From Candidatus Bathyarchaeia archaeon (GTDB lineage Archaea > Thermoproteota > Bathyarchaeia > Bathyarchaeales > Bathycorpusculaceae): a stretch of 64,000 nucleotides of DNA. The position numbers were made by a program, and so were the translations under genes. Shown here in pieces: positions 1 through 9,261 of this stretch; positions within the stretch are counted from its first letter, which is position 1, and each line of letters opens with the position of its first letter. Location of the stretch: NCBI GenBank assembly GCA_038883775.1, contig JAVZLM010000005.1, positions 109,634 to 173,633 of the forward strand. The letters are read 5' to 3'. Below the pieces are notes generated by a model that made no database searches, was not told the DNA's origin, and was given only the letters and a program-made list of their open reading frames with translations.

Positions 1-663
1 GGCGGTCAACTTTCAGAAATTGCAAGAATCTTTGAAACACTGTATAAAATTGGAATGGATCACGATGCTGAATTAATTGAAATGAACCCGCTGGTGGAAA
101 CCGTTGATGGAAAATTTGTAGCAGCAGACGCCCGCATAATAATTGATGATAACGCTTTATTCCGCCACCAAGAATACAAAAAGAGACTTTTAGAAGGCGA
201 AAGCGAACTAACCCCAGAAGAAATAGAAGCCATAAAAAACGACCTAGCCTACGTCAAACTAGACGGAAACATAGGCGTTATAGGCAACGGAGCAGGTCTT
301 GTAATGGCAACCTTGGACACAATTCAATATTATGGCGGAAAACCAGCCAACTTCTTAGATGTGGGCGGAGGAGCACCAGCAGAAAAAATCGCCACAGCCC
401 TAAAAATAGTGCTTTTAGACCCAAATGTTAAGACGCTTTTCATAAACATTTTAGGCGGAATAACAAGATGCGACGAAGTTGCAAAGGGAATACTAGAGGC
501 GAAAATAAAAGTTGGCGTAACAAAACCCATGGTTATTAGGCTTGTAGGCACAAATGAGGAAGAAGGAAAAAGGATACTGAAAGAAGCTGGAATCCACGTT
601 TTAGAAAGCATGGAAGAAGCCGCACAAAAAGCAGTCGAAATCTCAAAGCATGGAGGAGAATAA
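1..663 (+). CDS. sucC: Succinyl-CoA synthetase beta subunit (5' partial)
   Basis: Frame is open from base 1. Motifs [28 protein letters not shown] and [10 protein letters not shown]; followed by the alpha subunit. Confidence 0.95.
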   Translation, partial: GGQLSEIARIFETLYKIGMDHDAELIEMNPLVETVDGKFVAADARIIIDDNALFRHQEYKKRLLEGESELTPEEIEAIKNDLAYVKLDGNIGVIGNGAGLVMATLDTIQYYGGKPANFLDVGGGAPAEKIATALKIVLLDPNVKTLFINILGGITRCDEVAKGILEAKIKVGVTKPMVIRLVGTNEEEGKRILKEAGIHVLESMEEAAQKAVEISKHGGE

Positions 664-664
664 T

Positions 665-1525
665 TTGGGAATAATAATAGGAAAAGATACACGCGCCATA
701 GTTCAAGGAATAACAGGAGCCCAAGGAAGCTTTCACACAAAACTCATGCTTGAATATGGAACAAAAATAGTGGCGGGAGTAACTCCTGGAAAAGGTGGAA
801 CCCAAGTTCATGGAATTCCAGTTTATGATACTGTGAAAGAAGCCCAAGAAAAGCATTCAGCCAACGCCTCAATAATTTTTGTTCCAGCCCCCTTCGCTGC
901 AGATGCAGCCCTAGAAGCGCTTGAAAATGGGATAAGAACTATTGTGATAATAACGGAGCACATCCCAATAAAAGACGCAATAAACCTAATGGCAGCCGCA
1001 AAACAACTAAAAGCAACAATAATCGGACCAAACACGCCTGGCATAATCACGCCAGAAGAAAGCAAACTTGGAATAATGCCAGCCCACATTTTCAAAAAAG
1101 GTAGCATAGGGATGGTTTCAAGAAGCGGAACCCTAACATACGAAATAGCAGCAAGCCTAACAAAGAAAGGTTTGGGACAATCCACATGCCTAGGCTTGGG
1201 AGGAGACCCAATAACGGGTTTAAACTTCATAGATGCATTAAAAATGTTTAAAGAAGACCCTCAAACAAATGCTGTGGTCTTGATTGGAGAGATAGGCGGA
1301 AACCTCGAAGAACTCGCCGCAGAATATATACAAAAAGAAAGATATTCAAAGCCAGTTGTAGCCTTCATAGCTGGCCGCTCCGCTCCCCCTGGGAAACGCA
1401 TGGGGCATGCTGGAGCAATAGTGATGGGAAAAGCTGGAACTGCGGAAAGCAAAATAGATGCCTTCAAAAAAGCCGGTGTGAAAGTGGCTGAAAAACCAAG
1501 CGACGTAGCAGAATTGCTGAAATGA
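665..1525 (+). CDS. sucD: Succinyl-CoA synthetase alpha subunit
   Basis: [22 protein letters not shown] and catalytic-His motif MGHAGA. Likely TTG start at 665 after GGAGGAG. Confidence 0.95.
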   Translation: MGIIIGKDTRAIVQGITGAQGSFHTKLMLEYGTKIVAGVTPGKGGTQVHGIPVYDTVKEAQEKHSANASIIFVPAPFAADAALEALENGIRTIVIITEHIPIKDAINLMAAAKQLKATIIGPNTPGIITPEESKLGIMPAHIFKKGSIGMVSRSGTLTYEIAASLTKKGLGQSTCLGLGGDPITGLNFIDALKMFKEDPQTNAVVLIGEIGGNLEELAAEYIQKERYSKPVVAFIAGRSAPPGKRMGHAGAIVMGKAGTAESKIDAFKKAGVKVAEKPSDVAELLK

Positions 1526-1628
1526 ATTCGCAGTCGGAAAAACTGTAATGAGGCACTCATTAAAAATGCAAAAAGTATATTTTCCAGTATAATATCTCAC
1601 TTTTAGCAATTCATTAGAGGAAAACAAA

Positions 1629-1790
1629 ATGCCAATAATGGATCCGCTTAAAAAAACTCTCGCCCAGAAACACAGATTATATATGAAAATATGCAGAGAA
1701 TGCGGCGCCAGAAATGCTGCAACCGCAGTTAAATGCAGAAAATGCCGAAGCAAAAACCTACGTTGGAAGAAAAGAGAACTCGTAAAGTAA
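1629..1790 (+). CDS. rpl40e: 50S ribosomal protein eL40
   Basis: Not in the ORF track. Manual translation MPIMDPLKKTLAQKHRLYMKICRECGARNAATAVKCRKCRSKNLRWKKRELVK has the eL40 C4 zinc finger. Confidence 0.93.
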   Translation: MPIMDPLKKTLAQKHRLYMKICRECGARNAATAVKCRKCRSKNLRWKKRELVK

Positions 1791-1870
1791 TTTTCCTCTA
1801 ACTTCTCTACTCAGTTGATTGGTTATTGAATGCGAAAATTACATATATGATAAATTCCATATTTATAAAA

Positions 1871-1927
1871 TAGGCTGTTCGAAGATTAAAAACTTTTATA
1901 TATAACTGTCATATTACTATTATTTGG
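1871..1927 (+). repeat. Left terminal inverted repeat
   Basis: 45/57 identity by hand alignment to the reverse complement of 13142-13198; first 19 nt identical. Confidence 0.9.
1889..1906 (+). promoter_or_regulatory. BRE/TATA-like box inside left TIR (transposase promoter)
   Basis: AAAACTTTTATATATAA: purine run followed by a TTTATATA archaeal TATA box, facing inward. Confidence 0.55.
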
Positions 1928-1994
1928 TTGCCATATGGCTATTATATAATCCCAGAAGGATGGAAAACCACCCCTCTGGAGGAGTTGACAACCC

Positions 1995-2999
1995 GTGGTA
2001 GCGAGCCTCAACTCCAATATGCCCAGTCATATTCAGAGTGATAAATGTCTTTCGTTAGAGTTTTTGTTTGACAATGTGGATTTTTTGTTTGTTTGGAAGA
2101 TTGTTATGAAAAAGTATCATTTGCGTGGGAGACCTCATGACCCTATTGCTATGTTTAAGGCTTTGCTTTTGAAGGAGATGAGGCAGTTTTCTTCTCGTCG
2201 GAAATTGGTGGAGTTTCTTAGGCGTGATTCTTTTTGGTTGAGAAAGTGTGGTTTTGAGCAGCCGCCGAGCCATAATAGTTTTTCTGATTTTGTTGATAGG
2301 GTTGGGGCAGATGCTACTGAGCAGCTTTTCTATCATTTGGTCAATGAAATAAGGAAACTTAAGAAGATTGGGGAAATCGTCTCAATAGACTCCACACCTT
2401 TGAAAGCATATGCACATTTTTGGAAGAATAGGGAATGCTCTGACCCTGATGCCAAGTGGGGATATAGTCCTACGGCGGAGTGGGTTTTCGGTTATAAAGT
2501 TCACTTAGCCGTTGATGCAGATTCAGAACTTCCTTTGGCATTTATTGTTACACCAGCCAATATTTATGATAGTGTAGAATATCCTGAACTTTTAAACAAA
2601 CTGATTCAGATGGGAATACAGCCAAAAATAGTTCTTGCGGACGCAGGATACGACTCCAAGAAAAACTATCTGCTAACTCTAAAATGTGGAGCTACTCCAA
2701 TCATTGCACTTAACAAGCGAAAAATGAAGAGAAGGAAAACAAGGGATTTCGAACGTATCTTGCCGATAAAACGAAAAAGTGAACGTTGGAAGTCTCTTTA
2801 CAGAAAGAGAAGCAGTGCTGAAAGAGTCATTTCACGGCTGAAAGAAGAGTTAGCTTTGAGAGACGTAAAAGTGAGAGGATTGAACAATGTGCGAATTCAC
2901 GTAGCATTCTCTTTAATAGCAATGTTAACCGTAGCCCTCGTTGCCTTAAAAACCGGAAATGGACACAAAGCGACAAGTGTAAACTCATTTAGATTCTAA
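1995..2999 (+). CDS. DDE transposase (IS4/IS5/IS1182-like, DDE_Tnp_1 type)
   Basis: IDST (D1), DPDAKWG..GYKVHLAVD, LADAGYD (D2) and Y-x2-R-x3-E-x6-K (YRKRSSAERVISRLK). N-terminal RGRP..P..MFKALLL DUF772-like region. Confidence 0.92.
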   Translation: MVASLNSNMPSHIQSDKCLSLEFLFDNVDFLFVWKIVMKKYHLRGRPHDPIAMFKALLLKEMRQFSSRRKLVEFLRRDSFWLRKCGFEQPPSHNSFSDFVDRVGADATEQLFYHLVNEIRKLKKIGEIVSIDSTPLKAYAHFWKNRECSDPDAKWGYSPTAEWVFGYKVHLAVDADSELPLAFIVTPANIYDSVEYPELLNKLIQMGIQPKIVLADAGYDSKKNYLLTLKCGATPIIALNKRKMKRRKTRDFERILPIKRKSERWKSLYRKRSSAERVISRLKEELALRDVKVRGLNNVRIHVAFSLIAMLTVALVALKTGNGHKATSVNSFRF

Positions 3000-3307
3000 T
3001 CGGTATTCATAGTTACTCATGCACGAGGAGCTGCCAGTATTTTACTCATTGTTTGGAGTGTGCAAGAAAACCAGAGAAAAACATTATTGAAGGTGTGGGC
3101 ACACATTAGATATTCGATTGGTTAATGCAAAGGCGAAAAGCAATTCGCTTACTTTAAATTCTACTAAATATTACTTGTAACAGGTGTTTTATGCTCTATT
3201 ACACTATCCTATTTTGAGAAAGCTTAAAATCCTTTTTTGAGATAACTTTATAAGCAACTCTGTATCTTATTTTAGGATGTAAATAAGCATAACAACGTAA
3301 GTAGGAG

Positions 3308-3985
3308 GTGAAAATCTTGCCGAAGTTAGGAAATATGGTGTATCCATATATTAAACTTAGCCGTGCTATTGAAATCGCCAGACGTATTTGTGAGAGTCCA
3401 TACAAAGGAGAAATCAGCGTTAGTGGTCTTGCTCAAGAACTTAAAATGTCAGAGAAAGGCGGAGGTTTCCTTTATCTCGTAGCTTCCTTGCGAGACTATG
3501 GATTAGTTGAGGGGACGGGCACTCTTAGAGCGACGGAAATAGCTAAGAAAATCGTAGCAGGAACTCCTGAAGAAATGAGTAAGAGTCGAGTAGAAAGCTT
3601 CCTAAAAGTTGAGCTTTTTAAGAGTCTTAAAGAGAAAATAGGCACAGAGGTTCCAGAAATAGAGCAGTTTTCTGTCATTTTAAGAGATTTAACGAAAGCA
3701 GACCCGCTTAAAGTAAAAAATGTCGCAGAAACAATCCGTAATCTTTATTTAGACGGAGTTCCTTACATTAAAGCACTTGAAGAGGCTAAAAAAGAGGAGA
3801 TTAAAATGACCAAAGAAACTGCAACAGCCCAAGTTGACATATCTACGGCAAAACCGCCTATGCTTGAAGAACTGAAGTTTGGAGAAAATGTTAGAATATG
3901 GCTTCCCAAAGAGAACATCAAAGAGGAATGGAAAAAAGCCAAAAAGATGGTTGATATCTATCTCGGTATTGAAGAGGGGAGATAA
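3308..3985 (+). CDS. Hypothetical protein with N-terminal winged-HTH-like region
   Basis: 225-aa ORF; GLAQELKMSEKGGGF..VASLRDYGLVE helix-turn-helix/wing pattern. Confidence 0.7.
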   Translation: MKILPKLGNMVYPYIKLSRAIEIARRICESPYKGEISVSGLAQELKMSEKGGGFLYLVASLRDYGLVEGTGTLRATEIAKKIVAGTPEEMSKSRVESFLKVELFKSLKEKIGTEVPEIEQFSVILRDLTKADPLKVKNVAETIRNLYLDGVPYIKALEEAKKEEIKMTKETATAQVDISTAKPPMLEELKFGENVRIWLPKENIKEEWKKAKKMVDIYLGIEEGR

Positions 3986-4100
3986 TTCCTCTTTTCCCTT
4001 AATTTTTTGTAGAGGCATACCTCTTGAAAATTTAAAGCCCATTTTTAGAGTGAACGAATTTTCAATCTTAGTTTGGATGCAAAAGCAGGAAAAAGAGAGA

Positions 4101-4376
4101 TTAATAAATTTTGAGTTTTCCTTTAATCTGATTAACAGTGTCTCTAATCTCTTTTAGGTCCTTTTGGATTTCATCTACATCTTTTGAAACCAGTGATACT
4201 TTCATGTATAAAGCACCTGCTCCAAAGGCGACTGAAATCCAAGGCACATTAGCCAAAATATCCTCAAATGGAGGGTCTAATCTCAACAACATTTTGATAA
4301 TCCATATAACGAGTATAGCAAAAGCTATAAGGAAAATCAAATTACTAAGCGATTCTTGCTTTTTTCTTCTCGCCAT
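4101..4376 (-). CDS. Small membrane protein (2 TM plus C-terminal coiled coil)
   Basis: Two hydrophobic segments then heptads VDEIQKDLKEIRDTVNQIKGKL; AGGTGA SD upstream. Confidence 0.7.
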   Translation of the reverse strand: MARRKKQESLSNLIFLIAFAILVIWIIKMLLRLDPPFEDILANVPWISVAFGAGALYMKVSLVSKDVDEIQKDLKEIRDTVNQIKGKLKIY

Positions 4377-4465
4377 TTTATCACCTAAATCTATTCACTC
4401 TATTTTAACAATTAACATTTTCTGAAAATCATAAAATATCTTAACATTGCCTATGAAAAACCAGT

Positions 4466-4726
4466 TCAAGTATCTCCCAGAGCAATTTCTTCTACAATAT
4501 CTTGTGGGGATTTTAATTGGTAGGTTCTTTTTCTGGCATCGTTGGGGTCTAAAAATGTTTTAAGCCATCCGTGCTTTCTTAAATCAGACAAAATCACACT
4601 GACAGTCTTATCGTCTTTCTCTTTTAGCAGACGCCTTGCCTCGTCAAAATCGAAATTTTGATTCTTTTTCTCTTTCCAAAGCTTGGCATAGCGAAGAAAT
4701 AACCATTTAGGAAGGGGGTTAGTCAT
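4466..4726 (-). CDS. Small MarR-like winged-helix regulator
   Basis: VSVILSDLRKHGWL...DPNDARKRTYQL is a MarR-type wing (DxR) motif. Confidence 0.75.
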   Translation of the reverse strand: MTNPLPKWLFLRYAKLWKEKKNQNFDFDEARRLLKEKDDKTVSVILSDLRKHGWLKTFLDPNDARKRTYQLKSPQDIVEEIALGDT

Positions 4727-4778
4727 GTTTATCCCAGTCCTTTAGTTATCTGTTAAGCGCTATATTTATATACTACGT

Positions 4779-4802
4779 AAGCTATTAGCTTGTATGACAA
4801 GC
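4779..4802. promoter_or_regulatory. Two overlapping palindromes, candidate operator
   Basis: AAGCTA-T-TAGCTT (4779-4791) and GCTTGT-ATG-ACAAGC (4788-4802), just downstream of TATATTTATATA in a divergent promoter region. Confidence 0.45.
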
Positions 4803-4820
4803 AAACAACAAACCATATGA

Positions 4821-5984
4821 GTGAAATTAATGAGCGTTGAAAGATGTCCTGTTTGCGGAGGCTTTCCAAGTCGATATTTAATTAATGATGCGAATCTGAA
4901 GTTTCTGAAGGATTGCGCAACTAAGGGTCAACTGGATGAAGCCATCTCTGTTGCTCGAATCCTTTGGAGCAAGTTTCCAGAACTGCGGTTAAACGCTGAT
5001 TCAAAGATAATTATAGAGGGTGTATCAGCTAATATGCTCAGAGCACTACAAGCCCAAATAAACGAAACATTGGAACCAGCAAAAATGTTTGCTGAGAAGC
5101 TTCCTGAACTTGTTTACAAGCTACCAGTGGAAATGGATAAGACCATGGATGAGAAGATTGAAGAAATGAGAACTTTATTAGCTAAGGAGTTTAAGGAGAC
5201 ACTTAACAACATGGGATTTCCCGAACCCGAGCAACTCAAGTTACTGAGCCAACTTATGCCTGCTGTTTTACCTCTTCTACAAGAATTATTGATGCTTCAA
5301 AAAGTTCCAAGCGAAAAAGGGAAAACTGGAGAATTAGAACTACTAAAGGAATTGAAAGACGTTTTCCCAGAAGATGACTACAAACATGTTGGCGGTCCAG
5401 GAGCAACGGATATCATCGCCACCCCCGTATATGGTGGTTTTCAACTCAGTCAAAGAGTGCTCATCGAATCAAAGAAAAACAACAGCGGTTGGAGCAGAGA
5501 CTTTGTAGATGAAGTCAGAAGGCATATGCAAGCCTATTCAAATCGTTTCGCTATACTCGCTGTAGAAGTTATGCCAAAAGGAGCAAGAGGTTTTCTCATC
5601 GAACATTTCAATGAAGGTGCCATTTTGGTCACAAGTAGAAAAGATGTTTGCATAGCCTATGGAGCTCTTAGGGCTGTTTTCATCGCTACGTATCCTTTCG
5701 AAGTTAGTGCTGGAGACCTTCGGAAACTTTTTGAAGAAAAAAGAATCGAAGAAGCTATAAAAGACGCTTTGAATTATCAAGAATATCTAAAAAAGATTAA
5801 AACAAAATCAGCAAGCATAATTTTAAATGCAAAAAATATTGTTGAGCTTTCTGACGACCTGAACACTCATTTAAGATTTTGCCTCACCGAACTTCAGAAA
5901 AGAATAAGAAATGCAGTTCAAGAAATCGTAGAAGCTCGACCAACTACTAAAGGTGGTTCACCAAACATATTAAAAAGGAGTTAA
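4821..5984 (+). CDS. DUF2130/RmuC-like coiled-coil PD-(D/E)XK nuclease-fold protein
   Basis: KGKTGELEL..LKDVFPED, TDII...LIESKK..GWSRDF and FAILAVEVMPKG; N-terminal CPVC. Confidence 0.7.
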   Translation: MKLMSVERCPVCGGFPSRYLINDANLKFLKDCATKGQLDEAISVARILWSKFPELRLNADSKIIIEGVSANMLRALQAQINETLEPAKMFAEKLPELVYKLPVEMDKTMDEKIEEMRTLLAKEFKETLNNMGFPEPEQLKLLSQLMPAVLPLLQELLMLQKVPSEKGKTGELELLKELKDVFPEDDYKHVGGPGATDIIATPVYGGFQLSQRVLIESKKNNSGWSRDFVDEVRRHMQAYSNRFAILAVEVMPKGARGFLIEHFNEGAILVTSRKDVCIAYGALRAVFIATYPFEVSAGDLRKLFEEKRIEEAIKDALNYQEYLKKIKTKSASIILNAKNIVELSDDLNTHLRFCLTELQKRIRNAVQEIVEARPTTKGGSPNILKRS

Positions 5985-6025
5985 CGTTACCTTAGTAAGT
6001 GTAAGAAGGAGGATTTAGAAAAACA

Positions 6026-7270
6026 TTGCTTGAGGCTCCAAGGTCTATGGCTGAGCCGATTCTTGACTGGATTCTGAACGGCATACCTGTGCGTGTTGAC
6101 GTGAAACTTTTTGATGATGTTAGTCTTATTTATGAAGCCCAACTCGCCAAAATGGAGCTATCAAAATGGTGGGACGACCTTGAAAGTTTTAGAAAGAGAA
6201 CAGCATATTTCGAAGAAGTTAACGGGAAAAAGTCCTACCACTATTATATTTCAGACATCAAAGGGAAGGGGCAGATAGGGAGAACATGTCAATATCTTAC
6301 TCATTGGTATTATCCTTATAAAGCAAAGTTTCATCCTCAAATGATTAAAGCAATAATTAACTGGATGGGTCTAAAGAGACCTCAAAAACTGCTTGACCCA
6401 TTCGTGGGAAGTGGAACTGCTTTGGTTGAAGCCAAAACAATGGGTGTAGACAGCATAGGAATAGACATCAATCCCGTTTGCACTTTGATGTCCAGAGTTA
6501 AATGCGACCTTCTGGACTTATCTCCAGAGGATTTAAATTCTGTTCCAAGGGAAAAAGCTTTCCATTTCTTTGACAGAAAAAGAAAAAAACTCGGGCACAC
6601 AAGCCTTGAAAAATTTGTAGAACATAATACAGAGCAAATTATTCAGCTTTCATCAGATGAAAGAGTGGCTCGATTCTACGAACTATCCTATCTTTATGCA
6701 TTATCTGATTTCACCTATGTAAAGAGAGACTTATGGAAAGGGTTTAACGAAAATATTGATGCCGTTATTGACACCGTGGAAAGGTTCAGTAAATTGAAAG
6801 AGGAGCTGAATCTTGAGTTAGGGAATGTTGATGTAAGGGAAGGAGACGCAAGAAAGCTACCTTTTAGAGATGAGGAAATAGATGGAATTGTTACTTCCCC
6901 ACCTTACAGTATTGCTGTCGATTACATTAAACAAGATTTACACGCTTTGGACTATCTAAACATTGATATCGCTCAACTTGTCAATAACATGATAGGGCTC
7001 AGAGGAAAGGGCGAAGAAAGAATCGTCAACTACTTCGTGGACATGCTTGCTGCATTTAGAGAGATGTATCGAGTTTTAAAGAAAGGAGCATTTTGCGTGA
7101 TTCTAATAGGAGACGTGACATATAATGGGAAACGGTTACCTATACATAAAAAGTATATTGAATTTGCTGAAACCGTTGGTTTCTCTCATATTGGAATAAT
7201 AAAGCGACCTATACTTGGCGGTTACGCCAGACTCAGGTATGAATACATTTTAATGTTCCAAAAATTATAG
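6026..7270 (+). CDS. DNA amino-methyltransferase (probably N4-cytosine, alpha motif order)
   Basis: THWYYPYKAKFHPQ, motif I DPFVGSGT, GIDINP, motif IV TSPPY and MYRVLKKG. Confidence 0.9.
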   Translation: MLEAPRSMAEPILDWILNGIPVRVDVKLFDDVSLIYEAQLAKMELSKWWDDLESFRKRTAYFEEVNGKKSYHYYISDIKGKGQIGRTCQYLTHWYYPYKAKFHPQMIKAIINWMGLKRPQKLLDPFVGSGTALVEAKTMGVDSIGIDINPVCTLMSRVKCDLLDLSPEDLNSVPREKAFHFFDRKRKKLGHTSLEKFVEHNTEQIIQLSSDERVARFYELSYLYALSDFTYVKRDLWKGFNENIDAVIDTVERFSKLKEELNLELGNVDVREGDARKLPFRDEEIDGIVTSPPYSIAVDYIKQDLHALDYLNIDIAQLVNNMIGLRGKGEERIVNYFVDMLAAFREMYRVLKKGAFCVILIGDVTYNGKRLPIHKKYIEFAETVGFSHIGIIKRPILGGYARLRYEYILMFQKL

Positions 7271-8341
7271 TCTGCTTAAGCCTTGAACATGAGGATAATA
7301 GGAAATAAGTCTTTTTTCTTGTTCTTTCTCGTCCTTCAAAAGATTTCTAACAAATGGTTTTTTTCTTACGCAATTGTAGTGATAGTGAAGTTCCTTTTCC
7401 TCAGAGGGTTTGAGCACTCCTTTATACGTTATGTAATTGCACTTTCTGAAATTTTTGCATTCTTTTTTGCAGCTTATTTTTATATCTTCAATCTTCTGAG
7501 AGTAGTCAGAAAATCTGTTTATGATTTCGTCGCAATAAAGAATCCATTTTTCGCATATTGGGCAACGCAACGGAACAGTGTTTGGGACACGAGCTACCAC
7601 GACCGGAATAGAGGTTCTTGATGAAAAATCGAATATGTGGTCGGGAGTTTTTTGAATGGCTTGCTTCACTTCCACTCCAAAAATTCGACCATTTTTGACT
7701 ATTAGAAAGTCTGGAGCTATAGAATGTGAATCATGAGATAACAATCTTTGATTGAGAAGCATTGGAATAACGTATCCAAAATTGTGCCTTATCAGGTAAG
7801 CATAAACAATAAGCTCAATGGCTGCGCCAACAGATTTGGGAAGAAGGGAGTCCACAGCATAGTAAAGCTTCTTTGTTTTCTTATCTTTGTATGACAAGTC
7901 CTCCTTGAACTTTTTAGCTTCTTCGTAGATTTTTTCAGCTTCTTCATCTTCGAAAAAGTATGGAATATTCTGTTTTTTCATGAAATCCATAAGGCGTTTT
8001 CTTATTGAGAAACAAGCATAGGTAGTAACTTGTTCTTGAATTAGAAGCTGGTTAACGACGTATAATATCATTTTAAGATACGATTTTCGGTTAGTCTTGT
8101 GAAAGCCCCAGATAGAACCTCGAGATACTAAAATATACATAAGGTAGTCGTATAGAATCATTTGTCTGCCATCTTTACCAACATAAAGCTCTTTAGAGAA
8201 TTTCTCATAACCTTCAAGTGAATCAATCTTTTTACGCATCATCATGTAATCTTGGTCATGTGTGGCAAAAAATTGGTCAACAATCAGAAGATGTTTTGCT
8301 GTTGATAATGCCCTTTCCAAAACTTTATCCAAAACATTCAC
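7265..8341 (-). CDS. Putative PD-(D/E)XK restriction endonuclease with Cys-rich C-terminus
   Basis: GAAIELIV...APDFLIVK...GVEVKQ; CPIC and CKKECKNFRKC..HYHYNC. Convergent with the MTase (6-nt overlap). Confidence 0.7.
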   Translation of the reverse strand: MNVLDKVLERALSTAKHLLIVDQFFATHDQDYMMMRKKIDSLEGYEKFSKELYVGKDGRQMILYDYLMYILVSRGSIWGFHKTNRKSYLKMILYVVNQLLIQEQVTTYACFSIRKRLMDFMKKQNIPYFFEDEEAEKIYEEAKKFKEDLSYKDKKTKKLYYAVDSLLPKSVGAAIELIVYAYLIRHNFGYVIPMLLNQRLLSHDSHSIAPDFLIVKNGRIFGVEVKQAIQKTPDHIFDFSSRTSIPVVVARVPNTVPLRCPICEKWILYCDEIINRFSDYSQKIEDIKISCKKECKNFRKCNYITYKGVLKPSEEKELHYHYNCVRKKPFVRNLLKDEKEQEKRLISYYPHVQGLSRL

Positions 8342-8371
8342 CTACAAAGAATTTGTTTGCGGGATAGTTGC

Positions 8372-9136
8372 CTAAAATAATTTCGTTTGTTGTCCTTTGT
8401 CTCTTCTCCATTCATCACTGGCTTTTTTGATTATTCGCAAAATTGCTTCGTAGGTTCCAACTCCTCCAAGTTTATCCCACATTTCCTTTCCGATTAGCAC
8501 CTCTTTTTCCATATCCATAATTCGTTTCGTAAAACTCCACCTATACAAATGCCGTTCAACGTAAGGATTATATGTCAAACCAAGAAATGCTTGAGCTCTT
8601 TTTCCTTCATGAGCTACCAAAAACAATAGCATCTTCCTTTTCGATTCAGCACATTGGTCAAGATTAGGTAAAGGAGCCTTAATTTCCATGAACAAAGGTC
8701 CATCTTCATGGTCACCTACATACAAATCAGCTATTATCCTAACAGAAGTTTTTTCAGAGCTGGAAACTGACATTATTTCCCTCATTTCCTCTATGTGATT
8801 TGGTCTTCGCATTCCGCTACGAAGGCTATTCACTATAGTGTCAACCATTGTGACTTTTGCACCGTCAAGGTCAGTTAAAATTTCATATTCCCTGTGAACA
8901 TCTGAATATCGTCCCTTCGCAACAATCTCCGCCACTGCTGGCAGAAAACGAGTCCCCACAGTTGTCTCAACTGAACTTACCAAATCTCCATGAAGTATAG
9001 CTTCATCGGTCAAAAACGCACTATGAAAAGGTTTAGCCTCCTTAACTTCTTCCAGAGAACGCCGAGCCTTAATAGAAAGGTCCTCAAGAACTCTCTTAAC
9101 TAAATCTGAAATTTCCTTTTCCGTTTTCTCGTCCAA
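8372..9136 (-). CDS. TdeIII/MjaII-family type II restriction endonuclease
   Basis: KPFH..L, IADLY...MEIKAPLPNLDQCAESKRKML, YNPY and VLIGKEMWDKLGG.GTYE. Confidence 0.85.
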   Translation of the reverse strand: MDEKTEKEISDLVKRVLEDLSIKARRSLEEVKEAKPFHSAFLTDEAILHGDLVSSVETTVGTRFLPAVAEIVAKGRYSDVHREYEILTDLDGAKVTMVDTIVNSLRSGMRRPNHIEEMREIMSVSSSEKTSVRIIADLYVGDHEDGPLFMEIKAPLPNLDQCAESKRKMLLFLVAHEGKRAQAFLGLTYNPYVERHLYRWSFTKRIMDMEKEVLIGKEMWDKLGGVGTYEAILRIIKKASDEWRRDKGQQTKLF

Positions 9137-9261
9137 GTATTTATCACTAATCTAACAAATCGTCTGACCAGATTTATAAGAACTATCCCTCGGAATAATA
9201 ACAACGCTAACTTAGAAAGTTTTATTTGCTGAGTGAAAAAGATTTAGACCTTGTGATTTAT

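Noticed and set aside
1948-1987. IPEGWKTTPLEEL resembles a type I HsdS conserved segment
   Set aside because: Only about 13 residues, with no other HsdS sequence or hsdM/hsdR nearby.
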